Shown: one piece after another, positions 22,206 to 32,785 of the stretch | Layout of the letters: every line of letters starts with the position of its first letter | Position numbering within the stretch: position 1 is the stretch's first letter | DNA from: an uncultured Planctomycetota bacterium | Lineage (GTDB): Bacteria > Planctomycetota > Planctomycetia > Isosphaerales > Isosphaeraceae | Assembly (NCBI GenBank): GCA_963823665.1 | Contig: CAWGMQ010000006.1 | Span: forward strand, 1,632,001 to 1,696,000 | Reading direction: 5' to 3' | Length of the DNA stretch: 64,000 nucleotides | Notes under the pieces: model-generated | What the model saw: only the letters and a program-made list of their open reading frames with translations | What the model was told of the DNA's origin: nothing | Databases searched by the model: none | Program-made: the position numbers and the translations under genes

Positions 22206-23321
22206 ATGTGCCGGATCGGGAGCTTGTTGACGGTGCTCGTGCTGTCGGCCACGGCAGGCGTGGCGATGGGTCAGGGGCAACGGCAAGGGCAAGCCGAGAA
22301 GAAGGCGCCGACTCGTGAGTTCGAGATCCGGAACAACCGGGCTTATCTCGGCGGTCAACCGGTCGATCTGTGGGGAGTCCGCTGCGGTAATGCTCTTCTC
22401 AGCCCGGCCGTGACCGAACGAACCATCAACGGCTTCGACGCGATGGTGGCGCACGGTATCAATATGGTCGGCGTCTATATCCAGGGGCCAAACGCCGGAT
22501 GGCCGAACCCCGACGGCGGGTTCGATGGATTCGAACGCGACGGGAAGCTCAAGCCCGCAGTCGCGGAACGCCTCGTGTGGCTGATCCGCGAGGCCAATGA
22601 GCGCGGCATGGTCGTCCAGGTCGGCCTGATTTCTCCACGAAAGGATCAAACCTTCCTTGACGAGGCTGCAATTCGCAGGGGGATCGAGGAAACTGCACAC
22701 TTGCTGATTCAGCATCGGTTGAAAAACGTATTCGTGGATCTGGTGCATGAATTTGGTCATCCCAACCGAATCGATCACGAGATTCTGCGCGAGCCGGATA
22801 GCGCCACCAAGAAGGCCAAGTTGACGAAGTGGTTCAAGGATGTTGCACCCGACATCGAAGTCGGCGTTTGTCCGAATTTCCCAACCGAGACAACGGACGG
22901 CTACCCGGGCATGGACGTGCACATCATCGAGAAGGCAGCGGCGATACCGAGCGACGGTTTCGTGGTGAACGTCGAGATCCCACGCAAGGACGTCTTCGAG
23001 AACGACGGAGTGTTCAAGCCCGAAGACATCGCCGCGATCCTGGAAACGTGCCAGAGCTATCTCGACGCGCCCCACGCCGTCATGATGTTTCATAGCGCCT
23101 ACACGCAGGGGATCACCAACCGAAGTGGCAGTGCCCCGCATGCCGAGGCGGGCGGTTTTGGCACAGGTCCCACGGACCGAGGCATTCGCTTCTACTATGA
23201 CTGGGTTCGCGAGCATGTCGGTCGTTACGAATATCCCCGCCACATCAAGGACGAAAAATCGAAGGTCAAGCTAACACCAATCACGGTGCCGCCCCCTTCA
23301 AGCCGCCAGGGCACGCAATGA
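22206..23321 (+). CDS. Secreted hypothetical protein, possible glycoside-hydrolase-like TIM barrel
   Basis: Signal peptide; HGINMVGVYIQG, LIREANERGMVVQVGL and NVFVDLVHE resemble GH5-like barrels. Confidence 0.6.
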   Translation: MCRIGSLLTVLVLSATAGVAMGQGQRQGQAEKKAPTREFEIRNNRAYLGGQPVDLWGVRCGNALLSPAVTERTINGFDAMVAHGINMVGVYIQGPNAGWPNPDGGFDGFERDGKLKPAVAERLVWLIREANERGMVVQVGLISPRKDQTFLDEAAIRRGIEETAHLLIQHRLKNVFVDLVHEFGHPNRIDHEILREPDSATKKAKLTKWFKDVAPDIEVGVCPNFPTETTDGYPGMDVHIIEKAAAIPSDGFVVNVEIPRKDVFENDGVFKPEDIAAILETCQSYLDAPHAVMMFHSAYTQGITNRSGSAPHAEAGGFGTGPTDRGIRFYYDWVREHVGRYEYPRHIKDEKSKVKLTPITVPPPSSRQGTQ

Positions 23322-23533
23322 GAGCGCGACATCCCCGGGCCTACTCGGAGACCGTCAGGTCGTCAAACTGGCTGGGCACGGTGACTCTCGACCAGTGGAT
23401 TCCGTGGAACCGGCACGGCACATCGAACGTGCTCTGCCTGGATGGCCACGCCAAGTCGGTGCTGAAGCCTGACGCGTATCTGGGCATGTATCCCGGGGGC
23501 GTGATTCTGACCGACCCCAGTTGGTACCCCTGA
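23318..23533 (+). pseudogene. Isolated C-terminal fragment of a DUF1559-type protein (H-X9-DG-like motif)
   Basis: NRHGTSNVLCLDGHAK with no upstream prepilin domain. Confidence 0.55.
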
Positions 23534-23863
23534 TCGACCGGTCAGGGTTAGGGGGCGCATTGCGGTCGCCGCCGGACTGCCGTCAATTGGCAGAGATCGG
23601 ACTCGAATACCGCCGCGCTCGATCACAATGATCGCGCCCTGGAGCCATGGCCCCAACGGGGCCGCGGTCAATAGCCACGGGCTTCAGCCCTTGGCATCGT
23701 GACTTGGAATCCGCTTCCAGGACGCCAAAACGGGAATCCCTGTTCCGGCCTCTGGTATGAGAGCACGCTTTGGCGTACCATACGTTGCCTTTCGCTTGAG
23801 CCTCCACCCATCGTCGTCCAGTCCGATCTCTCATCATCATTCGCACTTAATCGGGGATTCACC

Positions 23864-24778
23864 GTGATCCGCAGGTTCACCCAAGGTTCGGCGACCGACG
23901 GCAAGATCGTTGTCATCGACCTCGATCTCGACGGTACGCGCATGACTGTTGTCCAGAAGCTGGCCGACGGCACCAAGAAACGCTCGGTCAAGGAGATGAC
24001 AAGCGAAGCCGAAGCTCGATCGGCGAGCGAACAGCTCGCCCGTCAGCTCGTCTCAAAAGGTTACACCGAGCGAGCCGGTCGCGGCCCCAATCCGGCCGGT
24101 AACGGCGCCGGATCTTCGAAGCCCGCGCCCCGGTCGCGGGATCATGAACCGGTCACCGCCAACCCTGCGTTCGACGACCTGGAGACACCCGCCGCACAAC
24201 CCCTGCCGCGGCTCGCCCGGTCGGACGGCACATCGGCTTCGGCCGACGACTCGCCCAAGAAAAAGAAGAAAAAGGGTGGCAAGAAAAAAAAGCAGAAGGG
24301 ACAAAGCGGCGACGCCCTCGACAAGCGTGTCCTTGCCGGAGTCGGGGCGGTTGGTCTGGCAATCGTATGCGGACTCGGCTTCGTGATCTACGACGGCTTC
24401 ATCAAGCCACCGTCGCTCTTCGCCAACTGGCAAGGAGGGATGGTCGACCATGAGATCAGCAAGCATCTCACGATCACCCAGTATGTCCTCATCCTCAACG
24501 ACAAAAATCGCGCCGAATTGACGATTGTCGAACACAACGCCTGGATCGGGGTCGGCACTTACACGCTGAAAGGAGATCGCCTCAAGCTCGCCCTCAAAGA
24601 CGGCTTGGACGAGACGACCGAGCGCGAGTACAAGATCGCGCTCGCTCGCTCGACCCTCGAGCTTTACGACCCCGCCAGCGGCAAATTGCTCGTTCAGTTG
24701 CTCCGCCAGCGCACGCCGCCGGTCGTCCGAGCCAAGGCACCGCCCATTACGAACGCCGACGAAATTGGTGGTTTGTAG
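23864..24778 (+). CDS. Single-pass membrane protein with WGR-like N-terminal domain
   Basis: N-domain ends EA...L...KGY, followed by a Lys-rich linker, one TM helix and a beta-rich C-domain. Confidence 0.6.
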   Translation: MIRRFTQGSATDGKIVVIDLDLDGTRMTVVQKLADGTKKRSVKEMTSEAEARSASEQLARQLVSKGYTERAGRGPNPAGNGAGSSKPAPRSRDHEPVTANPAFDDLETPAAQPLPRLARSDGTSASADDSPKKKKKKGGKKKKQKGQSGDALDKRVLAGVGAVGLAIVCGLGFVIYDGFIKPPSLFANWQGGMVDHEISKHLTITQYVLILNDKNRAELTIVEHNAWIGVGTYTLKGDRLKLALKDGLDETTEREYKIALARSTLELYDPASGKLLVQLLRQRTPPVVRAKAPPITNADEIGGL

Positions 24779-24878
24779 GGTCCATTCGAATCGTCCGCTT
24801 GACCAGTCTCCGAGACACTGGATGGTCCGCGGGCAGACGGTCTGCGACGGCATATCTGCCGGCCGGGTCGAAGAGCGA

Positions 24879-25061
24879 ATGACGGCGGTGGAGGATGCAG
24901 TGCGCGAGCTGCAAAAGGCGATGCAAGCTCGCAACCCAGCCCCTGACTGGCTGGAACGTGTGATCGGTTCCATGAAGGACGAGCCGGCATTTGACGAAGT
25001 GCTTGAATACGGTCGGGCGATTCGCCAAGCGGATCGGCCGACTGATGATCAAACGCCATGA
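24879..25061 (+). CDS. Putative antitoxin (start uncertain)
   Basis: W...IGSMKDEPAFDEVLEYGRAIR; ATGA overlap with the VapC-like gene. Confidence 0.65.
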   Translation: MTAVEDAVRELQKAMQARNPAPDWLERVIGSMKDEPAFDEVLEYGRAIRQADRPTDDQTP

Positions 25062-25282
25062 AGTTCCCGCGTTTTGTCTGCGTTTGCAGCGCCCTCATGT
25101 TGCCCTTTGATACGAGCGCATCTGCCGTTTTTGACAGTCTGTTCGCATCGCATGTGAGTATCGCGACGATGGATCTGCGAATCGCATCGGTCGCGTTGAG
25201 TCAGGGATTGACGCTATTGACTCGCAACTCGCGTGATTTCAGCAAGGTTCCGCGCCTTGTCATCGAAGATTGGACCATCTGA
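25058..25282 (+). pseudogene. VapC/PIN toxin with internal deletion
   Basis: C-half LPFD...MDLRIASVAL..GLTLLTRNSRDF.KVP.L.IEDW is present, but the N-terminal LDT motif is missing; only 74 aa. Confidence 0.75.
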
Positions 25283-25416
25283 TTGCGTGGCGCCGAATTG
25301 AGACGGGAGCGCCCGGAATCTCGACGGTCCGCGCGTGACTGTTGTCCAGAAGATGCCCGACGGCAGGGAACACCTCTGGACGCCCTTCGAGTGCAGCCGC
25401 CCAGCCGGGTCACTCC

Positions 25417-25479
25417 GTAGGGTGGGTGCAACCCACCATCCGACATAGCATCACGGCCGGTGGGTTGCACCCACTCTAC
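25417..25479. repeat. Inverted pair of GTAG REPs (REPIN-like)
   Basis: GTAGGGTGGGTGCAACCCACC (25417-25437) and its reverse complement with one mismatch (25459-25479). Confidence 0.85.
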
Positions 25480-25925
25480 GTGCTGCGACCCATCGCGGGT
25501 CTGAGTCTGGCCTGATTCCTTTGAACCAGGCCCAATTTCCTTGCCCGACCCGTGCAATTTGCATGATCACTTCGGTCCGCAAATTCCTCAAATTCCCGGC
25601 ACTTATGGCCGATTCTTAAGGAGCGAGAAGAACGCCGCTCAGCCGCGGTTCACGTCCGCTTTCAGTCCGTTCAACGGGCCGGAACACATCTCTGTCGTGG
25701 CGCGGCGGCTCGTGGTGTTTGCGGAACATCGGCCCAGATAACCATTTACTGCCAATTCTCACGAAAACCTGCTGGTCGGAAAATTGGCTGAAGTTCTCTC
25801 GTTCGCAACGACGAGCCGGCCCGAAGCCGGCAAAACGAATGACACGCCAGCTCGGTTGACGAGAGAGCTTGGCTGTATTGGGCAGTTTCTGGGGCAAGCC
25901 ACGTCTGGGGCAAGCCGGAGAGAAT

Positions 25926-28006
25926 ATGAGGATCACGGATCAGTCTCGCACCGCCCTCCTACCTCGACTCGCCTTGGCGTTATGCCTGGTGACGGTGGTC
26001 TCGGCGGCGCGAGCGCAGGAAACCACACCACCTCAGGCGGTGGACAACACGCCCGATCGCACATCCGGCCCGGTGCGCACGAAGGAGACCCAGGCACGCC
26101 TTCGGACCCAGAATTCCGCCCAGCCGCGCCGTGACATTTCGCGTTGGGAACGCTTTCGCAATTCGATCCGGCCATTTCGTGCCGCAAGCGACGCCGGGTC
26201 GAGCTCCACTGGTGAAAAGCGACGCTCGCTTCTGGGTGATAAGATCGTTTATGGACCTGGCCAGGAGCCGGAGCTCCCCGATTTCTCGCCGATGACGCGC
26301 GACTCCGATTCGTCCGTGTCACGGGCGCGACGCAACGTTGCCCAGGAGCCGCCCCCGCCGGTTCTTCCCAGCAATACCGCCGGGCCGCGCGGACTTCCCA
26401 ATGCCATGGGCAATGGCGATAACCCGAGCGACGCGGTACCCCCGATCGAGGCGTTACCGATGCCCACGCCCGAGCAGCCGGGAGAATATGGACCAGACCA
26501 GACCGATCTCGAAGCCGCGGTGGCGGGCCCGGACGACGGCCCGAGCCAGAGCGAGAGCGAGAGCGAACGGGAATATTACAGTCTGCCCAAGCGGTTCTTC
26601 CGCGGGTATCCCACACTCGTGCTCTGGTTCCCGGAGCTGCTCGGGCCCCTGCGAGAGTCCGACAAGAACGCCCGCGACGACGAGCACCGCGCCGGCGAGC
26701 GCTCCGGCGGCGGCGGCTATGAATCGAATGAACCCACGGCGCGCACCGCCGAGCCCCTGGAATTCCCCGCCCTTTCCCGGTTCCGAGTATCAAGGTTACC
26801 CGCTGATCGGCGTGCCCCCGAGCGGCACCGAGGACCCGATGTACGAAGGCGCTCCTCCTCGGGCCGTACGGCGATGCAATCAAGGACAGCAGAATCGAGT
26901 TTCACGGCTGGGCTACCGTATCGGGCAACTGGAGCAACGCCCGAAATTCAAATCTGCCGACGGCTTACTGGATCGTCCCCAACTCATTCCAGCTCGACCA
27001 GCTCATCACCCGGTTCGAGCGCGAGGCCGACACGGTTCAGACCGATCACATCGACTGGGGGTTCCGCGCAGTCGGCTTGTACGGCATCGACTACCGCTAC
27101 ACGACCGCCGGTGGCGTATTCAGTCAACAGCTTTTATATCATAACAACCTGTATGGGTTCGATCCCGTCGAGTTCTTCGGCGAGCTGTACATCCCCAATA
27201 TTTTCGAGGGGATGTCGATCCGGCTCGGGCGCTGGATCGCCTGCCCGGACATCGAGGCTCAATACGCGCCGGATAACTACCTGGCCTCGCACTCACTTCT
27301 CTTCACTTACGACACATACACCCAGACCGGCGTCATGTTCAGCTTCCAGATCAACCAGCGGAACATGATTCAGGGCGCGATCCAGTCGGGCACCGACATG
27401 GCACCCTGGTACGCCGGCGCGCTGGCAACCGGCTTCTTCGGCTGGCGATGGGTGTCCGAGTCAAATAATGATGCATTCTACACATGTTTGAATAACATCA
27501 ATAACGCGAAGTTTCGCTATTTCATGGCTGACGGCCGCAAGGCAGGCCATGACAACTTCAATTACATCGTCACCACCTGGGAGCACAGGTTCAGTCAGAA
27601 GGTCCATACGAAGACTGAAGCGTATTACATGTGGCAGTTCGACGCGGTCGTGGGCGGCACGCCGAGCCTCGGTCCGCCGATGTCCTTCGGCGGCGGCGGC
27701 GGTCTCGGCAAGTACCTTCCTGGAAACTCGCCGGCTTACGGCGTCTTGAATTACACCATGTTCCAGCTCTCGAAGCGAGATTACTTCACGGTCCGCAACG
27801 AGTGGTGGGACGATTCGCGCGGCGAGCGGTCAGGATTCGCCACGAATTACTCGAGCCACACGATCGGAATCAGCCACCAGTTCAACGACCACGTCATGAT
27901 CCGCCCCGAGCTAGGTTACTACCATTCCTACAATGTGCCGGCCTTCGATCTCGGCAAGAACAACAACCTCCTCATGGGCGGCTTCGACCTGACAGTCCGG
28001 TTCTGA
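25926..28006 (+). CDS. Outer-membrane beta-barrel porin (BBP2-like) with long Pro-rich N-extension (two frameshifts, about 26720-26850)
   Basis: Signal peptide; DTVQTDHIDWGFR, YGIDYRYT, PDIEAQYAPDNY.ASHS, IRPEL and a terminal F. Confidence 0.8.
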
Positions 28007-28111
28007 CCAGCCGGCGCGAGTGGACGTTCGATTCAATTGCAGGCTAAGCTATACCCATGGCGAATCATCCATGCGATTGCCACAGCCTTGGGACGACATC
28101 ACGGCGATTCC

Positions 28112-30064
28112 ATGCACAGTAAATCGGATTCGACCACGGCGCCGATCCGCGAGCAGCCCGGCGAAGCGCCTCGGGACGAGCCGGCGCCGGGCGCAGCTGG
28201 CGACGAGATCGCCGCCCTGCGCGCCATCGTCGACGGAACGGCCCGGAGCACGGGCGAGATATTCTTCCAGTCCCTCGTCCGGCACCTCGCCGAGGCGATC
28301 GGCGTCGAATATGCCTTCGTCGCCGAGTTCGCCGGCACGTTTACGCGAGTGCGAACTCTATCGTACTGGGGAAAGGGCCGGATCCGCGAGAACATCGAGT
28401 ACGACCTGGCCGGAACCCCCTGCGAGGACGTGGTCCGCGGCGGGTTGTGCCATTATCCCAGCGGGGTCAAGGAACGGTTCCCGCGAGATGAGGCGCTCGT
28501 CGAGATGGCGATCGAGAGCTACCTGGGCGTGCCTCTGCTCGACGCGAGGGGTGAGGTGCTTGGCCATCTCGCAGTGTTCGACGAGCGGCCGTTGCCTGCA
28601 GAACAGCGCAATCTGTTCACGTTCCGAAGCTTTGCGGCTCGTGCCGCAGCGGAACTGGAACGGCTGCGTTATGAGCAGCAGCACCTCGAGAGTGAAGAGA
28701 GGTACCGAGATCTTTATGAGGAAGCTCCGATCGGCTACGTCCAGGAAGATCTCGAATCGCGCTTCTTAACGGCCAATCGGGCCGCGATCAGAATGTTGGG
28801 TCTGAAGCCCGACGAAGTGATCGGCACGATCGGGATGTCGCTGGTCGCGCCCACGCCCGAGGCACAGCGACGAGCTCGCGAGGCGTTTGCGTCGATCGGC
28901 CGGGGAACAGATACAGCCGGTGTCGTTCTTGAGCTCCGCCGCAAAGACAACGGCCACCCTCTCTGGGTGCAGTGGTGGTCCAAGCCTGAACCAAACGGAA
29001 GATACACGCGGACGGTGATCGTGGACATCACCGATCGGGTGCTCGCGGAACAGGAAAAATCCCGGCTCCAATTGCAGAACCAATACTTGCAAGAGGAGAT
29101 CAAGTCCGTCCACAACTTCGACGAGATCATCGGCCGGAGCCCTGCCCTGCACGCGGTACTGGACAAGGTCGGCCGCGTGGCACCCACCGATTCAACCGTG
29201 CTCATCTGCGGCGAGACCGGCACGGGCAAGGAGCTGTTCGCGCGAGCCGTGCACTCGAACAGCCGGCGCAGGGATAAGCCGCTCATCAAGGTCAACTGCG
29301 CGGCGCTGCCGGCCGGGCTGGTCGAGAGCGAGCTGTTCGGCCACGAAAAAGGGGCCTTCACCGGTGCGATCGCTCGACGGATCGGCCGATTCGAGCTTTC
29401 CGATCGGGGCACGATCTTCCTCGACGAGATCGGCGAGCTCCCGCTCGAAACACAGGTGAAGTTGCTCCGCGTCCTGCAGGAACACGAGTTCGATCGCGTC
29501 GGTGGCGGCGCCCCGATCAAGGTCGATGTCCGGGTGATTGCGGCCACCAATCGCGACCTGCAGAAGGCCGTGCGCGAGAAGCTGTTTCGCGAGGACCTGT
29601 ACTATCGCCTCAATGTCTTCCCGATTGCGCTTCCTCCACTGCGCGAACGCTTGGAGGACATGCCGATACTGGTGCAATTCCTGCTCGATCGATTTGCCGT
29701 CAGGATCGGCAAGCGCGTCGACGGTGCAAGCCGCGAAACAATGGAGCGGCTCACAGCGTATTCCTGGCCGGGCAATGTCCGCGAGCTGGAGAATATCCTC
29801 GAGCGCGCGGTCATCCTCGCGACCGGCCCGACGCTCGAGATCGCGCCAGACGTCCTCGGCGGGCCCACGATGGCGACGGCTCCCGACGCGCGACTCGCCC
29901 TCGAGGATGTCGAGCGGAACCACATTCAGAACGTGCTTGCAAAGACCGGCTGGGTGATCGATGGGCCGAAAGGCGCGGCGACCCTCCTGGGTCTGCATCC
30001 CAACACTCTGCGCAGCCGGCTCAAGAAGCTGGGGATCGAGCGCGCTGCCCACGACCGCTCGTAG
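28112..30064 (+). CDS. Sigma54-dependent enhancer-binding protein (GAF-PAS-AAA+-HTH; FhlA-like)
   Basis: [40 protein letters not shown] and a C-terminal [23 protein letters not shown]. Confidence 0.97.
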   Translation: MHSKSDSTTAPIREQPGEAPRDEPAPGAAGDEIAALRAIVDGTARSTGEIFFQSLVRHLAEAIGVEYAFVAEFAGTFTRVRTLSYWGKGRIRENIEYDLAGTPCEDVVRGGLCHYPSGVKERFPRDEALVEMAIESYLGVPLLDARGEVLGHLAVFDERPLPAEQRNLFTFRSFAARAAAELERLRYEQQHLESEERYRDLYEEAPIGYVQEDLESRFLTANRAAIRMLGLKPDEVIGTIGMSLVAPTPEAQRRAREAFASIGRGTDTAGVVLELRRKDNGHPLWVQWWSKPEPNGRYTRTVIVDITDRVLAEQEKSRLQLQNQYLQEEIKSVHNFDEIIGRSPALHAVLDKVGRVAPTDSTVLICGETGTGKELFARAVHSNSRRRDKPLIKVNCAALPAGLVESELFGHEKGAFTGAIARRIGRFELSDRGTIFLDEIGELPLETQVKLLRVLQEHEFDRVGGGAPIKVDVRVIAATNRDLQKAVREKLFREDLYYRLNVFPIALPPLRERLEDMPILVQFLLDRFAVRIGKRVDGASRETMERLTAYSWPGNVRELENILERAVILATGPTLEIAPDVLGGPTMATAPDARLALEDVERNHIQNVLAKTGWVIDGPKGAATLLGLHPNTLRSRLKKLGIERAAHDRS

Positions 30065-30083
30065 CGCCCCACGACATTTCGTG
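30050..30083. promoter_or_regulatory. Candidate upstream activator sites (two CACGA-N4-TCGT[AG] palindromes 20 bp apart)
   Basis: CACGACCGCTCGTA (30050) and CACGACATTTCGTG (30070), about 115-145 bp upstream of the -24/-12 promoter. CATTTCGT resembles the FhlA half-site. Confidence 0.5.
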
Positions 30084-30196
30084 ACCTTGCCCCCGCGGCG
30101 CGATGCCGCCCCCGGGCGATCTCGTCGACGGCAGAAGCTTCATAAGTGCCTTGGTCGCCGCGCCTTGCGAGCGGCGCAGAAGGAATTCTCGCCCTT

Positions 30197-30211
30197 CGGC
30201 ACAAGAGTCGC
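30197..30211 (+). promoter_or_regulatory. Sigma54 (-24/-12) promoter
   Basis: CGGCACAAGAGTCGC has exact GG-N10-GC spacing and lies directly downstream of a bEBP gene. Confidence 0.75.
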
Positions 30212-30255
30212 TTTTCTCCCAGCTCCAACGTCAACGTCAAAGCCGAGAGGAGCCC

Positions 30256-30522
30256 ATGTTACGGATCACCATGACCAATGGCTGTCAGGCGACGAGCACG
30301 CTCAAGCTCGAAGGCAAGCTTTCAGGACCCTGGATCGGTGAGCTGGAGTCAGCCTGCCGTAGTTCGCACGTCTTGCCGGATCGCGTTCGCCTTGACCTCC
30401 ACGGCCTGTCGTTCGTCGACGCGGAGGGGGCTCGGTTCCTGGCGTGTTTGATCCGTGACGGTGCGCGAGTCATCGCCTGCTCTGGGTTCGTCGCGGAGAT
30501 CCTCGACCTCAAGAAGCCTTGA
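30256..30522 (+). CDS. Small STAS-like protein
   Basis: ATG after GAGGAG; LKLEGKLSGPW and LDLHGLSFVDAEG. Confidence 0.8.
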   Translation: MLRITMTNGCQATSTLKLEGKLSGPWIGELESACRSSHVLPDRVRLDLHGLSFVDAEGARFLACLIRDGARVIACSGFVAEILDLKKP

Positions 30523-30594
30523 TGCCCGGCTCGATCGGGGTCGCGGACGTTCCGCGGCCTCCTGCTGGAAGTTCATCATCACAGGAGATCACCC

Positions 30595-30900
30595 ATGCGT
30601 TCGTACCTTCGACTCACGACCCTCGCCGCTTCGCTACTTGTGACCGCCTGGGCGTTCCCCGGCTGTTCTTCGTCCGAGGAAGGGCAGCCTGCCAAGATGG
30701 ACGGCGGTGCCATGCCGTCCGGCAAGATGGATGGTGGTGCCATGGACAAAGGCAAGATGGATGGCGGTGCCATGGACAAAGGCAAGATGGATGGCGGTGC
30801 CATGGACAAAGGCAAGATGGATGGCGGTGCCATGGACAAAGGCAAGATGGATGATGGTGCGATGCATAAGGGAAAGATGGATTCATCGTCAAAGAACTGA
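30595..30900 (+). CDS. Methionine-rich repeat lipoprotein (MXKDX/MrpX-like)
   Basis: AGGAG RBS, lipobox FPGC, about six GKMDGGAMDK units and 13 Met in the mature part. Confidence 0.85.
   Translation: MRSYLRLTTLAASLLVTAWAFPGCSSSEEGQPAKMDGGAMPSGKMDGGAMDKGKMDGGAMDKGKMDGGAMDKGKMDGGAMDKGKMDDGAMHKGKMDSSSKN
30691..30882 (+). repeat. 30-bp coding tandem repeat
   Basis: GGCAAGATGGATGG[CT]GGTGCCATGGACAAA four times, plus degenerate flanking units. Confidence 0.95.
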
Positions 30901-30950
30901 TCGTACGCCATCGCCCGTCACGAAGTGCACCCGGGGAACCGATGCGCAGA

Positions 30951-30972
30951 GTAGGTCAGGCTTTAGCCTGAC
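30951..30972. repeat. GTAG-type REP-like palindrome
   Basis: GTAG-GTCAGGCT-TT-AGCCTGAC, one mismatch to 503-524. Confidence 0.75.
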
Positions 30973-31070
30973 TCCCCGGCTCCAGCACTTCACGCTCGAT
31001 TTTTTCTGCGGTCGCACGTGGCAGCACGCCGGGACGGCAGTCATCGGGTCCCTCACTGGAGCTTCTTACC

Positions 31071-31760
31071 ATGGCGCGCCTCGAGCGAAAACATTCCCTG
31101 GCGACGCGATTGTTTCACTGGGCGAATGTGCCGGTCCTGGCGGTCATGATCTGGAGCGGGCTGCTGATCTACTGGGCCAATGACGTTTACGAGATCCGCA
31201 TCGGGGGCGTCACACTCTTCAAGTTCTTCCCCGAGTGGTCCTACCGCGTCCTGAACGTCGGGCACCGACTGGCGGAGGGGATGGCATGGCATTTCGTCTT
31301 CATGTGGTTCTTCGCCTTGAACGGGCTGCTCTACGTCGCCTACACGATCTGGAGTGGGGAGTGGAGGCACCTGGTCCCGAACCGTCAGACTTTCGCCGAG
31401 GCGTGGCAGGTCGTGCGTCACGACCTCGGGTTGCGAACGGCGCCCTTGCCGCGGCGGAAGTTCAACGGTGCCCAGCGCCTCGCCTATACGGGCGTGGTTG
31501 CGATGGGGGCGGGCTCGCTCCTGACGGGCCTGGCCATCTACAAACCGGTCCAGCTCGCCTGGCTCACCACGCTGCTCGGCGGGTACGGGCCAGCCCGGCT
31601 CGAGCATTTCGTCCTGGCCATCGGTTACGTTGCATTCTTCGTTGTCCACATCACACAGGTGATCCGGGCCGGCTGGAACAACTTCCGGGCGATGGTCATC
31701 GGCGTCGAGGTGGCGAAGGACGAGGAGCTCTCGTATGAATACGAATACGCCCATCGATGA
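31071..31760 (+). CDS. Membrane cytochrome b subunit (Ni-hydrogenase/thiosulfate-reductase type)
   Basis: Heme-ligand His motifs RLFHWAN, WHF, ARLEHF and VVHI; KFNGAQRLAY. Confidence 0.9.
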   Translation: MARLERKHSLATRLFHWANVPVLAVMIWSGLLIYWANDVYEIRIGGVTLFKFFPEWSYRVLNVGHRLAEGMAWHFVFMWFFALNGLLYVAYTIWSGEWRHLVPNRQTFAEAWQVVRHDLGLRTAPLPRRKFNGAQRLAYTGVVAMGAGSLLTGLAIYKPVQLAWLTTLLGGYGPARLEHFVLAIGYVAFFVVHITQVIRAGWNNFRAMVIGVEVAKDEELSYEYEYAHR

Positions 31761-32706
31761 AACGCGGGCCCCCGGGAACACGCCCGTCGATGAGCAACCC
31801 TTGGTTGATCGCACGCCCATCGACGAACCGCCGGCCCAGGAGCCGCCGCCGGTTGATGTCACGGCGTACCTCGAAAGCACGAACAGCGATGAATCGTTGT
31901 CCCCCGAGCGCGCTCGGGTCGATGAATCGCTGCGCCACGAACGCGAACCGCCCGAGCCTCGTCTTCGCCGCCTCTCTCGTCGGGGGTTTGCAATGGGGGG
32001 CGTAGCCGTTCTGGCCGGTTTCGCCGGCTGGAAATGGCTGGTCACGAGAAGCGAGGAGGACGGCCTGGCCTGGCCGCTCCGCCGTGTTCTGCGGTTCAAT
32101 GAGCGCCTGGCGCAAGCGGCGTTCCGAACGTCCAGCAAATCACCTGAATTCCCCCGAAGCGCGGCCCAAGAGCCGCGCGTCAACGGCGAGATCGGCCTCG
32201 ACCCGGCGGTCGCGGCGGCCGACTGGAGGCTGCGCGTCATCGGCCCACCGGGTGAAGGCGGTGCCCGGCTGTTCCGGCTCGACGAGATCAAAGCGCTGTC
32301 TCGCGTGGAAATGACGACCGAGCTGAAGTGCATCGAGGGCTGGAGCACGGTCGTCCACTGGGCCGGCGCGCGATTGGCCGACCTCGCCGCACAGACGGGC
32401 CTGGCGACTCGCAGCGGCCGCGGGCAGGATCCGGACGGCGTCCTCCGTTATGCCGCGGTCGAGTCACCCAACCGCGAGTATTACGTCGGGCTCGACATGG
32501 CGAGCGCCCTCCACCCCCAGACCTTGCTGTGCTACGAGATGAACGGCGAGCCGTTGACTCCGGAGCACGGCGCGCCGCTCCGCCTGGTCATTCCGGTCAA
32601 GTACGGCATCAAGAACCTCAAACAAATCGGGACCATTCGATTCACGGACGTGCGCCCCGCCGACTACTGGGCCGAGCGGGGCTATGACTGGTATGCGGGA
32701 CACTGA
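31735..32706 (+). CDS. Molybdopterin-dependent oxidoreductase, sulfite-oxidase family (MsrP/YedY-like)
   Basis: SRRGF Tat-like motif, CIEGWS, ALHPQTLL.YEMNG.PL.PEHGAPLRL.IPVKYG.KN.K and YWAERGYDW. Confidence 0.92.
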   Translation: MNTNTPIDETRAPGNTPVDEQPLVDRTPIDEPPAQEPPPVDVTAYLESTNSDESLSPERARVDESLRHEREPPEPRLRRLSRRGFAMGGVAVLAGFAGWKWLVTRSEEDGLAWPLRRVLRFNERLAQAAFRTSSKSPEFPRSAAQEPRVNGEIGLDPAVAAADWRLRVIGPPGEGGARLFRLDEIKALSRVEMTTELKCIEGWSTVVHWAGARLADLAAQTGLATRSGRGQDPDGVLRYAAVESPNREYYVGLDMASALHPQTLLCYEMNGEPLTPEHGAPLRLVIPVKYGIKNLKQIGTIRFTDVRPADYWAERGYDWYAGH

Positions 32707-32785
32707 AACTCAAGCGACGTTTATCCTAAGCGACCCTGCGTCGTCGTCAACTGGAGATATCTAGATCATTCAAAGAAAGGGGCTT

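Noticed and set aside
12700..25480. Integron cassette array
   Set aside because: There is no integron integrase, no consistent RYYYAAC...GTTRRRY attC pattern, and gene orientations are mixed.
30519..30911. Alternative repeat ORFs (QRQDGWRCHG, PPSILPLSMA, HPSCLCPWHR) as Cys-rich RiPP precursors
   Set aside because: They are other frames of the 30-bp repeat. Only 30595-30900 has an RBS, signal peptide and lipobox.
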